From Pristiophorus japonicus (taxonomy: Eukaryota): 64,000 nucleotides of DNA. Below the pieces are notes generated by a model that made no database searches, was not told the origin of the DNA, and saw nothing but the letters and a program-made list of their open reading frames with translations. Of this stretch, positions 27,290 through 40,712 are shown piece after piece; within the stretch, counting starts at the first letter, position 1, and each line of letters begins with the position of its first letter. The DNA lies in the NCBI RefSeq assembly GCF_044704955.1, contig NW_027252668.1, forward strand, positions 5,890,001 to 5,954,000, read 5' to 3'. The position numbers were made by a program, and so were the translations under genes.

Positions 27290-29800
27290 AAATGACGGAC
27301 AGGTAAAGACCATCTGGTCCATCAAGCCTGTCTCACACAATTGCGATATATCACAGCATATACACTCCACTCCACCCGAATCCATGTGATCCCCTGGGAG
27401 AGGCAAAAAAACATGAAAAAAACCCAGGACAATTTGGGAAAATAAAATATGGGAAATTCATCTCCGACCCATCTAAGCGATCGAAACTAGTCCAGGAGAT
27501 CACTCTGGCCATTAAATTCTCTGCAGTACCTACCTTCTGTAAGTGTTAATCTCCGCCGCAGCCACAAACAAATCCAGCTTTTGCTTGAAGGAATTCAGTG
27601 AGTCTGCATCCACCACATGAGAGGGCAGCTTGTTCCAGAGGTCTACTATTCTCTGGGAAAAGAAGCACCTCCTGACATCTAACCTAGTTGTAGCCTTATA
27701 CAACTTAAATTTGTGCCCCTGGTCCTGCCTAACCTACTTCATTGAAATAAACGGTCAGCTGGAACACTTTCACGTTCATTATCTTATAAACCGCAATCAT
27801 ATCCCCCTAAGTCTACGCTGCTCTAAGGAAAAGAGTCCCAACTCTTTTAACCTATCTTGATAACTAAGATACTTTAGACTTGGAATTCGTGTAGTGGCCC
27901 TCTTCTGCACCTTTTCCAGAGCCTCAATATCACCCACCATGTGAGGAGACCAAAACTGGACACAGTATTCCAAGTGCAGCCTGACTAAGGTGTTGTATCA
28001 GGACAAAACAGTACGCCTCGTCTTATACTCCTTTGTCCTATGGATACATTTGCTCTAGCTATCGCTGCACAGCATTGCTCATGTACCTTTAAGGATGTAT
28101 GCACTAGAATGCCCAAATCTCTTTCTGTCTCCACCATTTTTAATGCCTTTCCCGAGAGGGTTTTCGAATGTTGAGCATTTGCCCTGCCCACATGCATGCC
28201 ACTGAACTTGTCTAAGTTATACATCGTTTTCCAGTCATGAGACCAGACACCTTAAGATCTGCCTGAATCAGACGAGCCTCTTCCACAGTTCTAGCACTTG
28301 CACAGATCTTGGTATAATTTCCAAATTTGCAAACTGTGCCCCCAACCCCAAAATCCAGATCCTTAATATAATTAGTGAAAAGCAACAGTCCCAGCACTGA
28401 TCCCTGCGGGACACCACTGGTGACCAGTCTCCAAACAGATACAAATCCATCTATAACTGCTCTTTACCTGCATCTTGCCAGCCAGATCTGAATCCAGCTC
28501 AATATATTTCCACTAATACCAGAGGCTCCCATCTCACAGAGAAGCTTCTTGTGTGGTATCCTGTTAAAAGCTTTTTGAAAATCTAAGTAGACAATGTCTA
28601 CTGGGCTTCCCTCATCCAGCAACTTTGTAACTTTTTCAAAAAATATAATTAAAATTGTGAGACATGAAGTCTTTTTTTAATGAAGCCATATTGGGTGTCC
28701 CCAATATGTCCCTCCCTATCCAAGTATTCATATATTGCATCCCTTATGATTCAAGCATCTTACCTATTGCTGATATTAAACTGATGTTCCTATAGTTACC
28801 TGGGTCTGCCTTGTCACAATTTTTTTAAATGGGGACTACCTTAGCCTCCTTCCAGTCTGTAGGAACCATTCCAGATTGCAGTGAGCTATTTAAAATACAG
28901 GCCAGGGGCTCGCACAGCACATGTCCCATCTCCCGGAGGACCCTCGGGGTGGGGGGGGGGGGAGGTATTATCCGGCCCTGCTGCTCGATCTATTTTCAAG
29001 TTCTTAATTTTTTCTAAAGCAATCTGCTTCTATAAGTTAATGTTATTGATAAAACTAGTATTATTAAATTCTAATATTTGAGCATGATCTTCAAGGGTGA
29101 ATACTGATGCAAAGTACTCATTTAATATTTCCGCCATACTCAGTGAGTCCTTTGTAACCTGTCCTTGAACACCCTTCAGTGGCCCAAAACAGTCTTTGAT
29201 AGTTCTCTGACTCTTCACATAACTCAAAAAGCTCTTCCCGTGACTGCCACAGTTGTCCACAATCCTTTTTCCCATTAGCCTTTTTGCTGATCGAATAGCA
29301 GCCTTCGTTTTCTTTAATTGTTCCTTGTATTCACCCTATTTATTTGAGTGTGAAATGATTTAATTTATAGAGACATTTCTGTTTATATCTGATTTGTCTT
29401 TGTACAGAGCCAGTCGGCCACCTTGGCTTTTTCTCACCACATGTCTATCTTTTGATTTTGTCTACATGTTGGTTTTCAACATTTTTAATCGTATTCTTAA
29501 AAACTTTCCATTTATATTCAACATCGGTCGCATCAGCACCGAGGGGAGTTGGCCAATTTACCTGTTGCAAGTCCTCTGCCATTTTGGAGAAGTTTGCCCG
29601 TCTGAAATGTGGCGCGAGTCGCAGGTTCTCAGTCCCTTTGGTTCTCCCGGCCAATTGGGAGCGTATAATGTGATCAGTGTTGCCCAGATGTTCCCCCACA
29701 CCAGGTCAGGCTCACTACTAAACACCAGATCCAATATATAACTTTCCCCAGTTACTTCATTAACATGTTGAGTCAGGAAACAGTCCTGTATATTGTCAAT
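27290..29800 (-). mobile_element. Ancient divergent CR1-like LINE
   Basis: Decayed APE-RT fragments (ILDLVFS, LNEYFASVFT, YLDFQKAFN, ERDLGILV). Confidence 0.75.
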
Positions 29801-29984
29801 AAATCTTTCAGCTGCACTTCCCCCAACAGCAGGTAAAGCAGCGTGCCCCTGAATGTCAGGGCAATAACAATGAGCTTCCCTCAGGTTAATTCTCTCTCTC
29901 TGTCCCCCCACACAAGCTGCCTGAGCGGCTGAGTGTTTCCAGCACCTTCTGTCTTTATTCTCTCAGATTGCAGCATTCCCGCTG

Positions 29985-30450
29985 CTGAGCTCAGGGGTTG
30001 TGTGGGCAGGGCCCTGACGTCACACACGGCGGGCGGGGCCATGTCCCGCGCGCTGCCCGGCTCGCGGAGTGACAGTTCAACTGCCCCGGGTTCAAATCAG
30101 GAGCCACGTGACCCTGCGTGGTTCCTTCTGCAGCCCTCTGGGCGGGGCTCTGTGGTGGAGCGGAACTGGGATTGGTGCAAGGGGCTGTCAATCTCCTGTG
30201 TGCAGCCAGGGTTACCGGGGCCGCGCTCTGTCACTGGGGGAACTGGGCTCACGGACTGAGAGCGGGCGGCTCAGCCCGAGAGCTGAACAAACACCGGGAG
30301 GGACTTTAAAGTGTAACAGTGCCGCTTTGTAACTGTGCACAGAAAATGGCGCATTGCCATCTACATGAGGGAAAATGCGGAAGTGTCAGATCTGATGTTT
30401 GCTGTCACACAGGGCGGGACTTTAAAGTTTAAATTAAAGTGTTTGTAAGT
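29985..30450. promoter_or_regulatory. CpG-rich promoter-like island
   Basis: CRE TGACGTCA 30015-30022, GC box 30031-30040, YY1-like AAAATGGCG 30343-30351, ETS GCGGAAGTG 30377-30385, GTAAGT 30445-30450. Confidence 0.55.
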
Positions 30451-30509
30451 GAGCACAGAAACCGAGGTTAGATTACTGTCATCATCAGGTCCCGGGGAAT
30501 GTGCTGACC

Positions 30510-33500
30510 CGCACAGTGTGTAACCCGGGGGTGGGCCCAATGACATCAGACAGTGTGTAACCCGGGGGCCCAGTGAGATCAGACAGTGTGTAACCCGGGG
30601 GTGGGCCCAGTGAGATCAGACAGTGTGTAACCCGGGGGCCCAGTGAGATCAGACAGTGTGTAACATGGGGGTGGGCCCAGTGAGATCAGACAGTGTGTAA
30701 CCCGGGGGCCCAGTGAGATCAGACAGTGTGTAACCCGGGGGCCCAGTGAGATCAGACAGTGTGTAACCCGGGGGCCCAGTGAGATCAGACAGTGTAACCC
30801 GGGGGTGGGCCCAGTGAGATCAGACATGTGTAACCCGGGGGCCCAGTGAGATCAGGCAGTGTGTAACCCTGGGGCCCAGTGAAATCAGACAGTGTGCCAC
30901 GTGCTAGTCAGAGTAGGAATCGCAGGATAGCGCAGATGAATACGTGGCTTGAGCAGTGGTGCAGCAGGGAGGGATTCAAATTCCTGGGGCTTTGGAACCG
31001 GTTCTGGGGGAGGTGGGACCAGTACAAACCGGACGGTCTGCACCTGGGCAGGACCGGAACCAATGTCCGAGGGGGAGTGTTTGCTCGTGCTGTTGGGGAG
31101 GAGTTAAACTAATATGGCAGGGGGATGGGAACCAATGCAGGGAGACAGAGGGAAACAAAAAGGAGACAAAAGCAAAAGACAGAAAGGAGATGAGGAAAAG
31201 TGGAGGGCAGAGAAACCCAAGGCAAAGAACAAAAAGGGCCACTGTGCAGCAAAATTCTAAAAGGACAAAGGGTGTTAAAAAAACAAGCCTGAAGGCTTTG
31301 TGTCTTAATGCAAGGAGTATCCATAATAAGGTGGATGAATTAACTGTGCAAATAGATGTTAATAAATATGATGTGATTGGGATTACAGAGACGTGGCTCC
31401 AGGATGATCAGGGCTGGGAACTCAACATCCAGGGGTATTCAACATTCAGGAAGGATAGAATAAAAGGAAAAGGAGGTGGGGTAGCATTGCTGGTTAAAGA
31501 GGAGATTAATGCAATAGTTAGGAAGGACATTAGCTTGGATGATATGGAATCTTTCTGGGTCGAGCTGCAGAACACCAAAGGGCAAAAAACGTTAGTGGAA
31601 GTTGTGTACAGACCTCCAAACAGTAGTAGTGATGTTAGGGAGGGCATCAAACAGGAAATTAGGGGTGCATGCAATAAAGATGCAGCAGTTATAATGGGTG
31701 ACTTTAATATGCACATAGATTGGGCTAAGCAAACTGGAAGCAATACGGTGAAGGAGGATTTCCTGGAGTGCATAAGGGATGGTTTTCTAGACCAATATGT
31801 CGAGGAACCAACTAGGGGGGAGGCCATCTTAGACTGGTTGTGTAATGAGAGAGGATTAATTTGCAATCTCGTTGTGCGAGGCCCCTTGGGGAAGAGTGAC
31901 CATAATATGCTGGAATTCTGTATTAGGATGGAGAGTGAAACAGTTAATTCAGAGACCCTGGTCCAGAACTTAAAGAAGTGTAACTTTGAAGGTATGAGGA
32001 GTGAATTGGCTAGGATAGATTGGCGAATGATACTTAAGGGGTTGACTGTGGATGGGCAATGGCAGACATTTAGAGACCGCATGGATGAACTACAACAATT
32101 GTACATTCCTGTCTGGCGTAAAAATAAAAAAGGGAACGTGGCTCAACTGTGGCTATCAAGGGAAATCAGGGATAGTATTAAAGCCAAGGAAGTGGCATAC
32201 AAATTGGCCAGAAATAGCAGCGAACCCGGGGACTGGAAGAAATTTAGAACTCAGCAGAGGAGGACAAAGGGTTTGATTAGGGCAGGGAAAATGGAGTACG
32301 AGAAGAAGCTTGCAGGGAACATTAAGACGGATTGCAAAAGTTTCTATCGATATGAAAAGAGATAAAGGTTAGTAAAGACAAACATAGGTCCCCTGCAGTC
32401 AGAATCAGGGGAAGTCATAACGGGGAACAAAGAAATAGCAGTCCAATTGAACAAGTACTTTGATTCGGTATTCACTAAGGAGGACACAAAGAACCTTCTG
32501 GATATAAAAGGGGTCAGAGGGTCTAGTAAGGAGGAGGAACTGAGGGAAATCGTTATTAGTCGGGAAATTGTGTTGGGGAAAATGATGGGATTGAAGCCCG
32601 ATAAATCCCCAGGGCCTGATGGACTGCATCCCAGAGTACTTACAGAGGTGGCCTTGGAAATAGCGGATGCATTGACAGTCATTTTCCAACATTCCATTGA
32701 CTCTGGATCAGTTCCTATCGAGTGGAGGGTAGCCAATGTAACCCCACTTTTTAAAAAAGGAGGGAGAGAGAAAACAGAATTATAGACTGGTCAGCCTGAC
32801 CTCAGTAGTGGGTAAAATGATATAATCAATTATTAAGGATGTCATAGCAGCGCATTTGGAAAGAGGTGACATGATAGGTCCAAGTCAGCATGGATTTGTG
32901 AAAGGGAAATCATGCTTGACAAATCTTCTGGAATTTTTTGAGGATGTTTCCAGTAGAGTGGACAAGGGAGAACCAGTTGATGTGGTATATTTGGACTTTC
33001 AGAAGGCTTTCGACAAGGTCCCACACAAGAGATTAATGTGCAAAGTTAAAGCACATGGGATTGGGGGTAGTGTGCTGACATGGATTGAGAACTGGTTGTC
33101 AGACAGGAAGCAAAGAGTAGGAGTAAATGGGTACTTTTCAGAATGGCAGGCAGTGACTAGTGGGGTACCGCAAGGTTCTGTGCTAGGGCCCCAGCTGTTG
33201 ACACTGTACATTAATGATTTAGACGATGGGATTAAATGTAGTATCTCCAAATTTGCGGATGACACTAAGTTGGGTGGCAGTGTGAGCTGCGAGGAGGATG
33301 CTATGAGGCTGCAGAGTGACTTGGATAGGTTAGGTGAGTGGGCAAATGCATGGCAGATGAAGTATAATGTGGATAAATGTGAGGTTATCCACTTTGGTAG
33401 TAAAAACAGAGAGACAGACTATTATTTGAAGGGTGACAGATTAGGAAAAGGGGAGGTGCAACGAGACCTGGGTGTCATGGTACATCAGTCATTGAAGGTT

Positions 33501-35135
33501 GGCATGCAGGTAAACATAGAAACATAGAAAATAGGTGCAGGAGTAGGCCATTCGGCCCTTCTAGCCTGCACCGCCATTCAATGAGTTCATGGCTGAACAT
33601 GCAACTTCAGTACCCCATTCCTGCTTTCTCACCATACCCCTTGATTCCCCTAGTAGTAACTCATCTAACTCCTTTTTGAATATATTTAGTGAATTGGCCT
33701 CAACAACGTTCTGTGGTAGAGAATTCCACAGCAGGCGGTTAAGAAAGCAAATGGCATGTTGGCCTTCATAGTGAGGGGATTTGAGTACAGGGGCAGGGAA
33801 GTGTTGCTACAGTTGTACAGGGCCTTGGTGAGGCCACACCTGGAGTATTGTGTACAGTTTTGGTCTCCTAACTTGAGGAAGGACATTCTTGCTATTGAGG
33901 GAGTGCAGCGAAGGTTCACCAGACTGATTCCCGGGATGGCGGGACGGACCTATCAAGAAAGACTGGATCAACTGGGCTTGTATTGTGAGTTCAGAAGAAT
34001 GAGAGGGGACCTCATAGAAACGTTTAAAATTCTGATGGGTTTAGACAGGTTAGATACAGGAAGAGCGTTCCCAATGTTGGGGAAGTCCAGAACCAGGGGA
34101 CACAGTCTAAAGATAAGGGGTAAGTCATTTAGGACTGAGATGAGGAGAAACTTCTTCACCCAGAGAGTGGTGAACCTGTGGAATTCTCTACCACAGAACG
34201 TTGTTGAGGCCAATTCACTAAATATATTCAAAAAGGAGTTAGATGAAGTCCTTACTACTAGGGGGATCAAGGGGTATGGCGAGAAAGCAGGAATGGGGTA
34301 CTGAAGTTGCATGTTCAGCCATGAACTCATTGAATGAAGGGCCGAATGGCCTACTCCTGCACCTATTTTCTGTGTTTTGTTTCTATGTAACCCGGAAGCC
34401 CAGTGAGATCAGACTGGTGTAACCAGGGGAGGATGGGCCCAGTAAGTTCAGACAGTGTGTAACCCAGGTAGGATGGGCCCAGTGAGATCAGACAGTGTGT
34501 AACCCGGGGGCCCAGTGAGATCAGACAGTGCGTAACCCAAGGAGGTTGGGCCCAGTGAGATCAGACAGTGTGTAACCCGGGGACCCTGTGAGATTAGATA
34601 GTGTGTAACCCGGGGGCCCAGTGAGATCAGTCAGTGTGTAACCTGGGGAGGATGGGCCCAGTGAGATCAGACAGTGTGTAACCCGGGGACCCGGTGAGAT
34701 CAGACAGTGTGTAACCCGGGGGCCCAGTGAGATCAGACAGTGTGTAACCCGGTGGCCCAGTGAGATCAGACAGTGTGTAACCCGGGTGCCCAGTCAGATC
34801 AGACAGTGTATAACCCGGGGTGTATGGGCTCAGTGAGATCAGACAGTGTGTAACCCGGGGGCCCAGTCAGATCAGACAGTGTGTAACCCGGGGAGGATGG
34901 GCCCAGTGAGATCAGACAGTGTGTAACCCGGGGACCCAGTGAGATCATGACAGTGTATAAGCCCGGGGACCAGTGAGATCAGACTGGTGTCACCCGGGGA
35001 GGATGGGCTCAGTGAGTTCAGACAGTGTGTAACCCGGGGAGGATGGGCCCAGTGAGATCAGACAGTGTGTAACCTGGGGACCCAGTGAGATCAGACAGTG
35101 TGTAACCCGGGGAGAATGGACTCAATGAGATCACA
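30510..35135 (+). repeat. 38-44-bp minisatellite (CAGTGAGATCAGACAGTGTGTAACCCGGGGGCC), split by a CR1 (30510-30893 and 34388-35135)
   Basis: Tandem units resume in register (cagtgtg | taacccgg) across the CR1 insertion. Confidence 0.92.
30894..34387 (+). mobile_element. 5'-truncated CR1 (same family as the full-length copy), multiply disrupted, with an inverted CR1 3' fragment at ~33513-33727
   Basis: ORF1 C-terminus (DGLHLG) and ORF2 pieces matching 55380-58680. Confidence 0.95.
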
Positions 35136-35507
35136 CAGTCTAAGCAAGAGACAGTAAATTCCGCAGTTTTGTCAAGAACTCTGGCGATTTGTGTGATGCT
35201 CCAGTGGGCTTGCCGGGGAAATGACAAACTCCAACAAGAATACTCGATCCTGAACTTTCAGTTTTATTAAGCGTCAGAAAAGTATACATTACATTCCACT
35301 TCACACTGTCAATATTTGTCTCATTTTCTGCCCTGCCATTATTAGATCTTCTGGTGAATGATGGAGTGATTGAGAAAGTTTCACAGGAGGAAGGAAACAG
35401 GGACTGTAGACTGAGAAACAATGGCCGGTGAACCAGCAGAGGATTGTGAGAGCACCAACCAGAGATAACCCTTCTGATTCAAAGAGCTTCCATAGATCGA
35501 CAGGGGC

Positions 35508-35790
35508 GAAAGGTAAGAGAGAGTCCCATTGACTCAGATAAACATTGGTCCTGGGGATGGACTGAGGAGAAAGGTCAGAGAGAAGTCCCATTGACTCATA
35601 TACACACTGGTCCTGGGGATGGACTGGAGAGAAAGGTCAGAGAGAGTCCCATTGATTCAGATACACATTGGTCCTGGGGATGGACTGGGGAGAAAGGTCA
35701 GAGAGTCGCATTGATTCAGATACACACTGGAGATGGACTGGGAGAAAGGTCAGAGAGAGCCCCATTGACTCAGATACACATTGGTCCTGT
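35508..35790 (+). repeat. ~60-bp tandem repeat, ~5 units
   Basis: GAAAGGTCAGAGAGAGTCCCATTGACTCAGATACACATTGGTCCTGGGGATGGACTG repeated. Confidence 0.85.
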
Positions 35791-35989
35791 CGACAGTACA
35801 CAGAGATTACAAGGTAAGGCAGGAAATGATGGGAATGAGATTTGGAGAGTCTGACCACCGAGCACAATTATCCAGCAGGAGGTCGTGCAGTGGGACTTGA
35901 AATAAGATCAGTTTCTGTCTCTGAACACACAGTCACATTGAATCGTGTGTGTTTTTAGAGTAAATTAAGTATCACAGTGTTGAGGAAAG

Positions 35990-38157
35990 TGCAGTAGAGG
36001 TTGTATACATGGACTTTCAAAAGCCATTTGATAAAGTATCACATAATGGACTTGTTTGTAAATTGAAGCACATGGTGTTAAAGGGACAGTGGTAAATTGG
36101 ATATGTAATTAGCTGAGGGACAGGGGGCAGAGAGCAGTGGTGGACCGATGTTTCTCCAACTGCGGAGAAGTTTACATTGGGTCAACCAGGTGTCGCAATT
36201 GATGCCTTTGCTTTTCTGGTTATATTTTAAATGACCTGGTCTTCGCTATCGGGAGTGGACCTTCGAGGTTTGCTGAGGGCAAGAAAGTTGATTGTAGTAA
36301 ATGGTGAGCAGGATCGCAGCAGACTTTAGAAAGGCACAGACAGACTGGTGAACTGGACTGAAACATGGCAGATGCAATTTATTATTGCTCAGTGTGAAAT
36401 TATACACTTTGGGAAGTTCAACATGGAGAAGCAGTATAATGCAGACAGTACTATTTTGAGGGGATGTAAGAGCAGAGACCTGGGGGTAAATATCCACAAA
36501 TGTTTGAAGATGGAAGGGTAAGCTGATAAGACATTTAAGAGAGTGTATGGCATCTTTCACTTTGTAAATGGAGCACTAAACATAAAAACAAGGAGTTCAA
36601 TGCTAACCCATTACAAATCAGTGGTGAGGCTGGAGTATTGTGTACAATTCTGAGCAACACACATTAGGAAGAATGCCAAGGTGTTGGAGAGGGTACAGAG
36701 GACGTTTACCAGGATGATACCTGAGACTTCAATTATGTGGTGAGATTAGTCATGCTTGACCAATCTTCCAGAATTTTTTGAGGATGTAACTAATAGAGTG
36801 GATAAGGGAGAACCAGTGGATGTGGTGTATTTCGAATTTCAAAAGGCTTTTGACAAGGTCCTTCACAAGAGATGTGCAAAATTAAAGCACATGGTATTGG
36901 GGGTAATGTATTGACATGGATAGAGAACTGGTTGGCAGACAGGAAGCAAAGAGTAGGAACAAACGGGTTATTTTCAGAATGGCAGGCAGTGACTGGTGGG
37001 GTGCTGGAAGGTGCCATGCGGCTGTGGGGGTCGGGGTTTGTGGAAGGGGCGTGGCGGGGAGGTGCTGGGGTGGCTGATCAGCCATGATCTTGTTGAATGG
37101 TGGTGCAGGCTTGAAGGGCCGAATGGCCTACTTCCGCACCTATTTTCTATGTTTCTATGTTTCTATGCTGGGACCCCAGCTATTTACAATGTACATTCAT
37201 GATTTAGACAAAGGAATTGAATGTAATATCCCTACATTTGCAGATGACACTAAGCTGGGTGGCAGTGTGAGCTGTGAGGAGGAAGCTAAGAGGCTGCAGG
37301 GTGACTTGGACAGGTTTGGTGAGTGGGCAAATGCATGGCAGATGCAGTATAATGTGGATAAATGTGACGTTATCCACTTTGGTGGCAAAAACAGGAAGGC
37401 AGAATATTACCTGAATGGTGACAGATTAGGAAAAGGGGAGGTGCAACGAGACCTGGGTGTCATGGTACATCAGTCATTGAAGGTTGGCATGCAGGTACAG
37501 CAGGCGGTTAAGAAAGCAAATGGCATGTTGGCCTTCATAGCGAGGGGATTTGTGTACAGGGGCAGGGAAGTGTTGCTACAGTTGTACAGGGCCTTGGTGA
37601 GGCCACACCTGGAGTATTGTGTACAGTTTTGTTCTCCTAACTTGAGGAAGGACATTCTTGCTATTGAGGGAGTGCAGCGAAGGTTCACCAGACTGATTCC
37701 CGGGATGGCGGGACTGACCTATCAAGAAAGACTGGATCAACTGGGCTTGTATTCACTGGAGTTCAGAAGAATGAGAGGGGACCTCATAGAAACGTTTAAC
37801 ATTCTGATGGGTTTAGACAGGTTAGATGCAGGAAGAATGTTCCCAATGTTGGGGAAGTCCAGAACCAGGGGTCACAGTCTAAGGATAACGGGTAAGCCAT
37901 TTAGGACTGAGATGAGGAGAAACTTCTTCACCCAGAGAGTGGTGAACCTGTGGAATTCTCTACCACAGAAAGTTGTTGAGGCCAATTCACTAAATATATT
38001 CAAAAAGGAGTTAGATGAAGTCCTTACTACTAGGGGGATCAAGGGGTATGGCGAGAAAGCAGGAATGGGGTACTGAAGTTGCATGTTCAGCCAACATGGC
38101 GGTGCAGGCTCGAAGGGCTGAATGGCCTACTCCTGCACCGATTTTCTATGTTTCTAT
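35990..38157 (+). mobile_element. Stack of CR1 fragments (old copy ~35990-36750; younger pieces 36750-37000, 37065-37166, 37167-38157)
   Basis: Repeated RT motifs and two TTTCTATG tails. Confidence 0.85.
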
Positions 38158-39061
38158 ACCAATGACTGACAGGGACAGAGATAGATATATACTTCCAGAC
38201 CAGACACTGACGAGCACAGAGATAGATACATACTTCTATACCGGTCACTGACAGGCACACAGATAGATACATACTCCCAGACCAGAAAGTGACAGCACAG
38301 ATAGATGCAAACTCCCGTACCAGGGACTGACAGGCACACAGATAGATGCATACTTCCAGACCAATACATAAGAATTAGGAACAGGAGTAGGCCATCTAGC
38401 CCCTTGAGCATGCTCCGCCAATCAATAAGATCATGGCTGATCTGGCCGTGGACTCAGCTCCACTTACACGCCCGCTCCCTGTAACCCTTAATTCCCTTAT
38501 CGGTTAAAAATCTATCTATCTGTGACTTGAATACATTCAATGAGCTAGCCTCAACTGCTTCCTTGGGCAGAGAATTCCACAGATTCACAACCCTCTGGGA
38601 GAAGAAATTCCTTCTCAACTCGGTTTTAAATTGGATCCCCCGTATTTTGAGGCTGTGCCCCCAAGTTCTAGTCTCCCCGACCAGTGGAAACAACCTCTCC
38701 GCCTCTATCTTGTCTATCCCTTTCATTATTTTAAATGTTTCTATAAGATCACCCCTCATCCTTCTGAACTCCAACGAGTAAAGACCCAGTCTACTCAACC
38801 CATCATCATAAAGTAACCCCCTCATCTCCGGAATCAGCCTAGTGAATCGTCTCTGTACCCGCTCCAAAGCCAGTATATCCTTCCTTAAGTAAGGGGACCA
38901 AAACAGCACGCAGTACTCCAGGTGCGGCCTTACCAATACCTTATACAGTTGCAGCAGGACCTCCCTGCTTTTGTACTCCATCCCTCTTGCAATGAAGGCC
39001 AGCATTCCATTCGCCTTCCTGATTACCTGCAAACTAACTTTTTGGGATTCATGCACAAGGA

Positions 39062-39393
39062 TCCGCGCGTACATCCGCGCCAGGGTATCCTTGGAGATGG
39101 AGCACGCGGTGTCCACCGGTACGCTCGCGGCCTTCCGCGAGAGGTGGGCACCGGAGGGACTGGAGTGCATCGTCACGCCCGGCAACCAAATTTTAATTTG
39201 ATTTTATGTTTTTTAAGTTAATTTGTTTTAATTGCCGGTGCTTTTAGTGTCCCCCTCCCCTTTTATAGGGGGCACTTGGAAAAAAAAAAAAATTTGATTC
39301 TGTGCCCAAAAAAAAAATGGCATTGTAAATGTTGGTGTTTCCCCCAGATTGGGGGGCACGGTTTAATGTTTTCCTGTTAACTCCTAAAAGAGT
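39062..39393 (+). mobile_element. Tx1-clade LINE copy C, short 3' fragment
   Basis: RAYIRARVSLEMEH...GNQILI* plus 3' UTR; flanked by TTCATGCACAAGGA at 39048-39061 and 39394-39407. Confidence 0.93.
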
Positions 39394-39407
39394 TTCATGC
39401 ACAAGGA

Positions 39408-39777
39408 TCCACGCATACATCCGTGCCAGGGTGTCCTTGGAGATGGGCACGCAGTGTCCACCGGTACGCTCGCGGCCTTCCGCGAGAGGTGGGTACCGGA
39501 GGGACTGGAGTGCATCATCACGCCCGGCAATCAAATTTTAATTTGATTTTATGTTTTAAAGTTTAATTTGTTTTTATTGCCGGTGTTTTTTAGTGTCACC
39601 CTCCCCTTTTATAGGGGGCACTTGGAGGAAAAATAAGATTTTAGTGCCCAAAAAAATAATTTAAAAAAAATACACACACACAAGAAAAGGGCCTTGGAAA
39701 TGTTTGGTGCGCCCCCCCAGATCGGGGGGGCACCATTTTATGATTTAATGTTTTTTTTGTTTGCTCCCAAAAAGAGT
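39408..39777 (+). mobile_element. Tx1-clade LINE copy D, short 3' fragment
   Basis: Same 5' junction as copy C with a different 3' UTR variant; followed by TTCATGCACAAGGACC at 39778-39793. Confidence 0.93.
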
Positions 39778-40712
39778 TTCATGCACAAGGACCAATGGTG
39801 GAGCTTTGGAGGCGTGGCCTAATCAGTTAGAGCTGTGAGCAGTGGGAGAAGGAGCTGCTGCTTTTGCTCCTGTCTGGGACGCCTGGAGTGAGCCCTGAGA
39901 ACAGCCCAGGAATAGGAGGGAAGGGCTGGCTTACTGCAGTTCAACATCCGGAGCGAGAGGAGAGCAGAAAAATTAACCAACTTTATTTACTTCTACAAAG
40001 AGTTGGAGAGAGTGGGAAAAGAGCAACAACCTGTGTGGAAGGAGGGAGATTCTACAACATTCTACAGGTGGGTGTTGGTGCATTCCCCGAAAGACATTGT
40101 TGTATCGGTGGGGGGAGGAAAGAAGACTTTTCGAGGGCCGGAACATCGCGGGAGGTGTGTGTGTGCGGAAGTGTGTGTGGGGGTCTTGCTTACAGCTAGG
40201 CCCCACACACCACTAAAGCACCCCTCCCCCATTGCCTAGCCTGGGATAGCTGGAGCTACCTGGCTGAAAACTATTAATTACCCTATTAAACATCATTGGG
40301 AGTGTGTGCCTGGGTGGCTCCAGCTACCCCAGGTGAAGACATCTTCTCCCCCCACCCGAAGACCTTTCTTAAAAGAATGTGTTTTTTTTTTGGATCTGGG
40401 GAGTGCACCCCAAGAAACACCCACCCATTGCTGTGAGGGGAGACCTGCCCTCGCAGCCTCCCTCTTTCCCACACCCCCTCACTCGATCTCTCTCTGTCTC
40501 TCCCCTCTCTCTCTGAGAGCCCTTTCCTCCTAATTTAAAAAAAAAACAATTAAGACAACTGAGCAGAGGGAGCAAGGCCCCTCCCCATTCGTTCACCAGG
40601 GGAGAGGTGTGCCCCATTAAGAGCTCCCTCTGCTCAAAAAACCAACGAGGCCAATAAAGACCATTAAGGCCTGTGACTTTGGGGTGGGTGTAGCCCTTAA
40701 AGGGACCCCGTG

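Noticed and set aside
33513-33727. Inverted CR1 tail inserted ~30 bp from the Tx1-target-equivalent codons
   Set aside because: Different position, no shared TSD, single event; CR1 tails insert throughout the window (e.g. 9506-9612).
30510-35135. CRISPR-like regular repeats
   Set aside because: Contiguous tandem units with no unique spacers, no cas genes and a eukaryotic context.
38454-39185. Apparent Tx1-CR1 fusion ORF (also 16139-17005)
   Set aside because: Chance read-through across antisense insertion junctions; half of each ORF is the non-coding strand.
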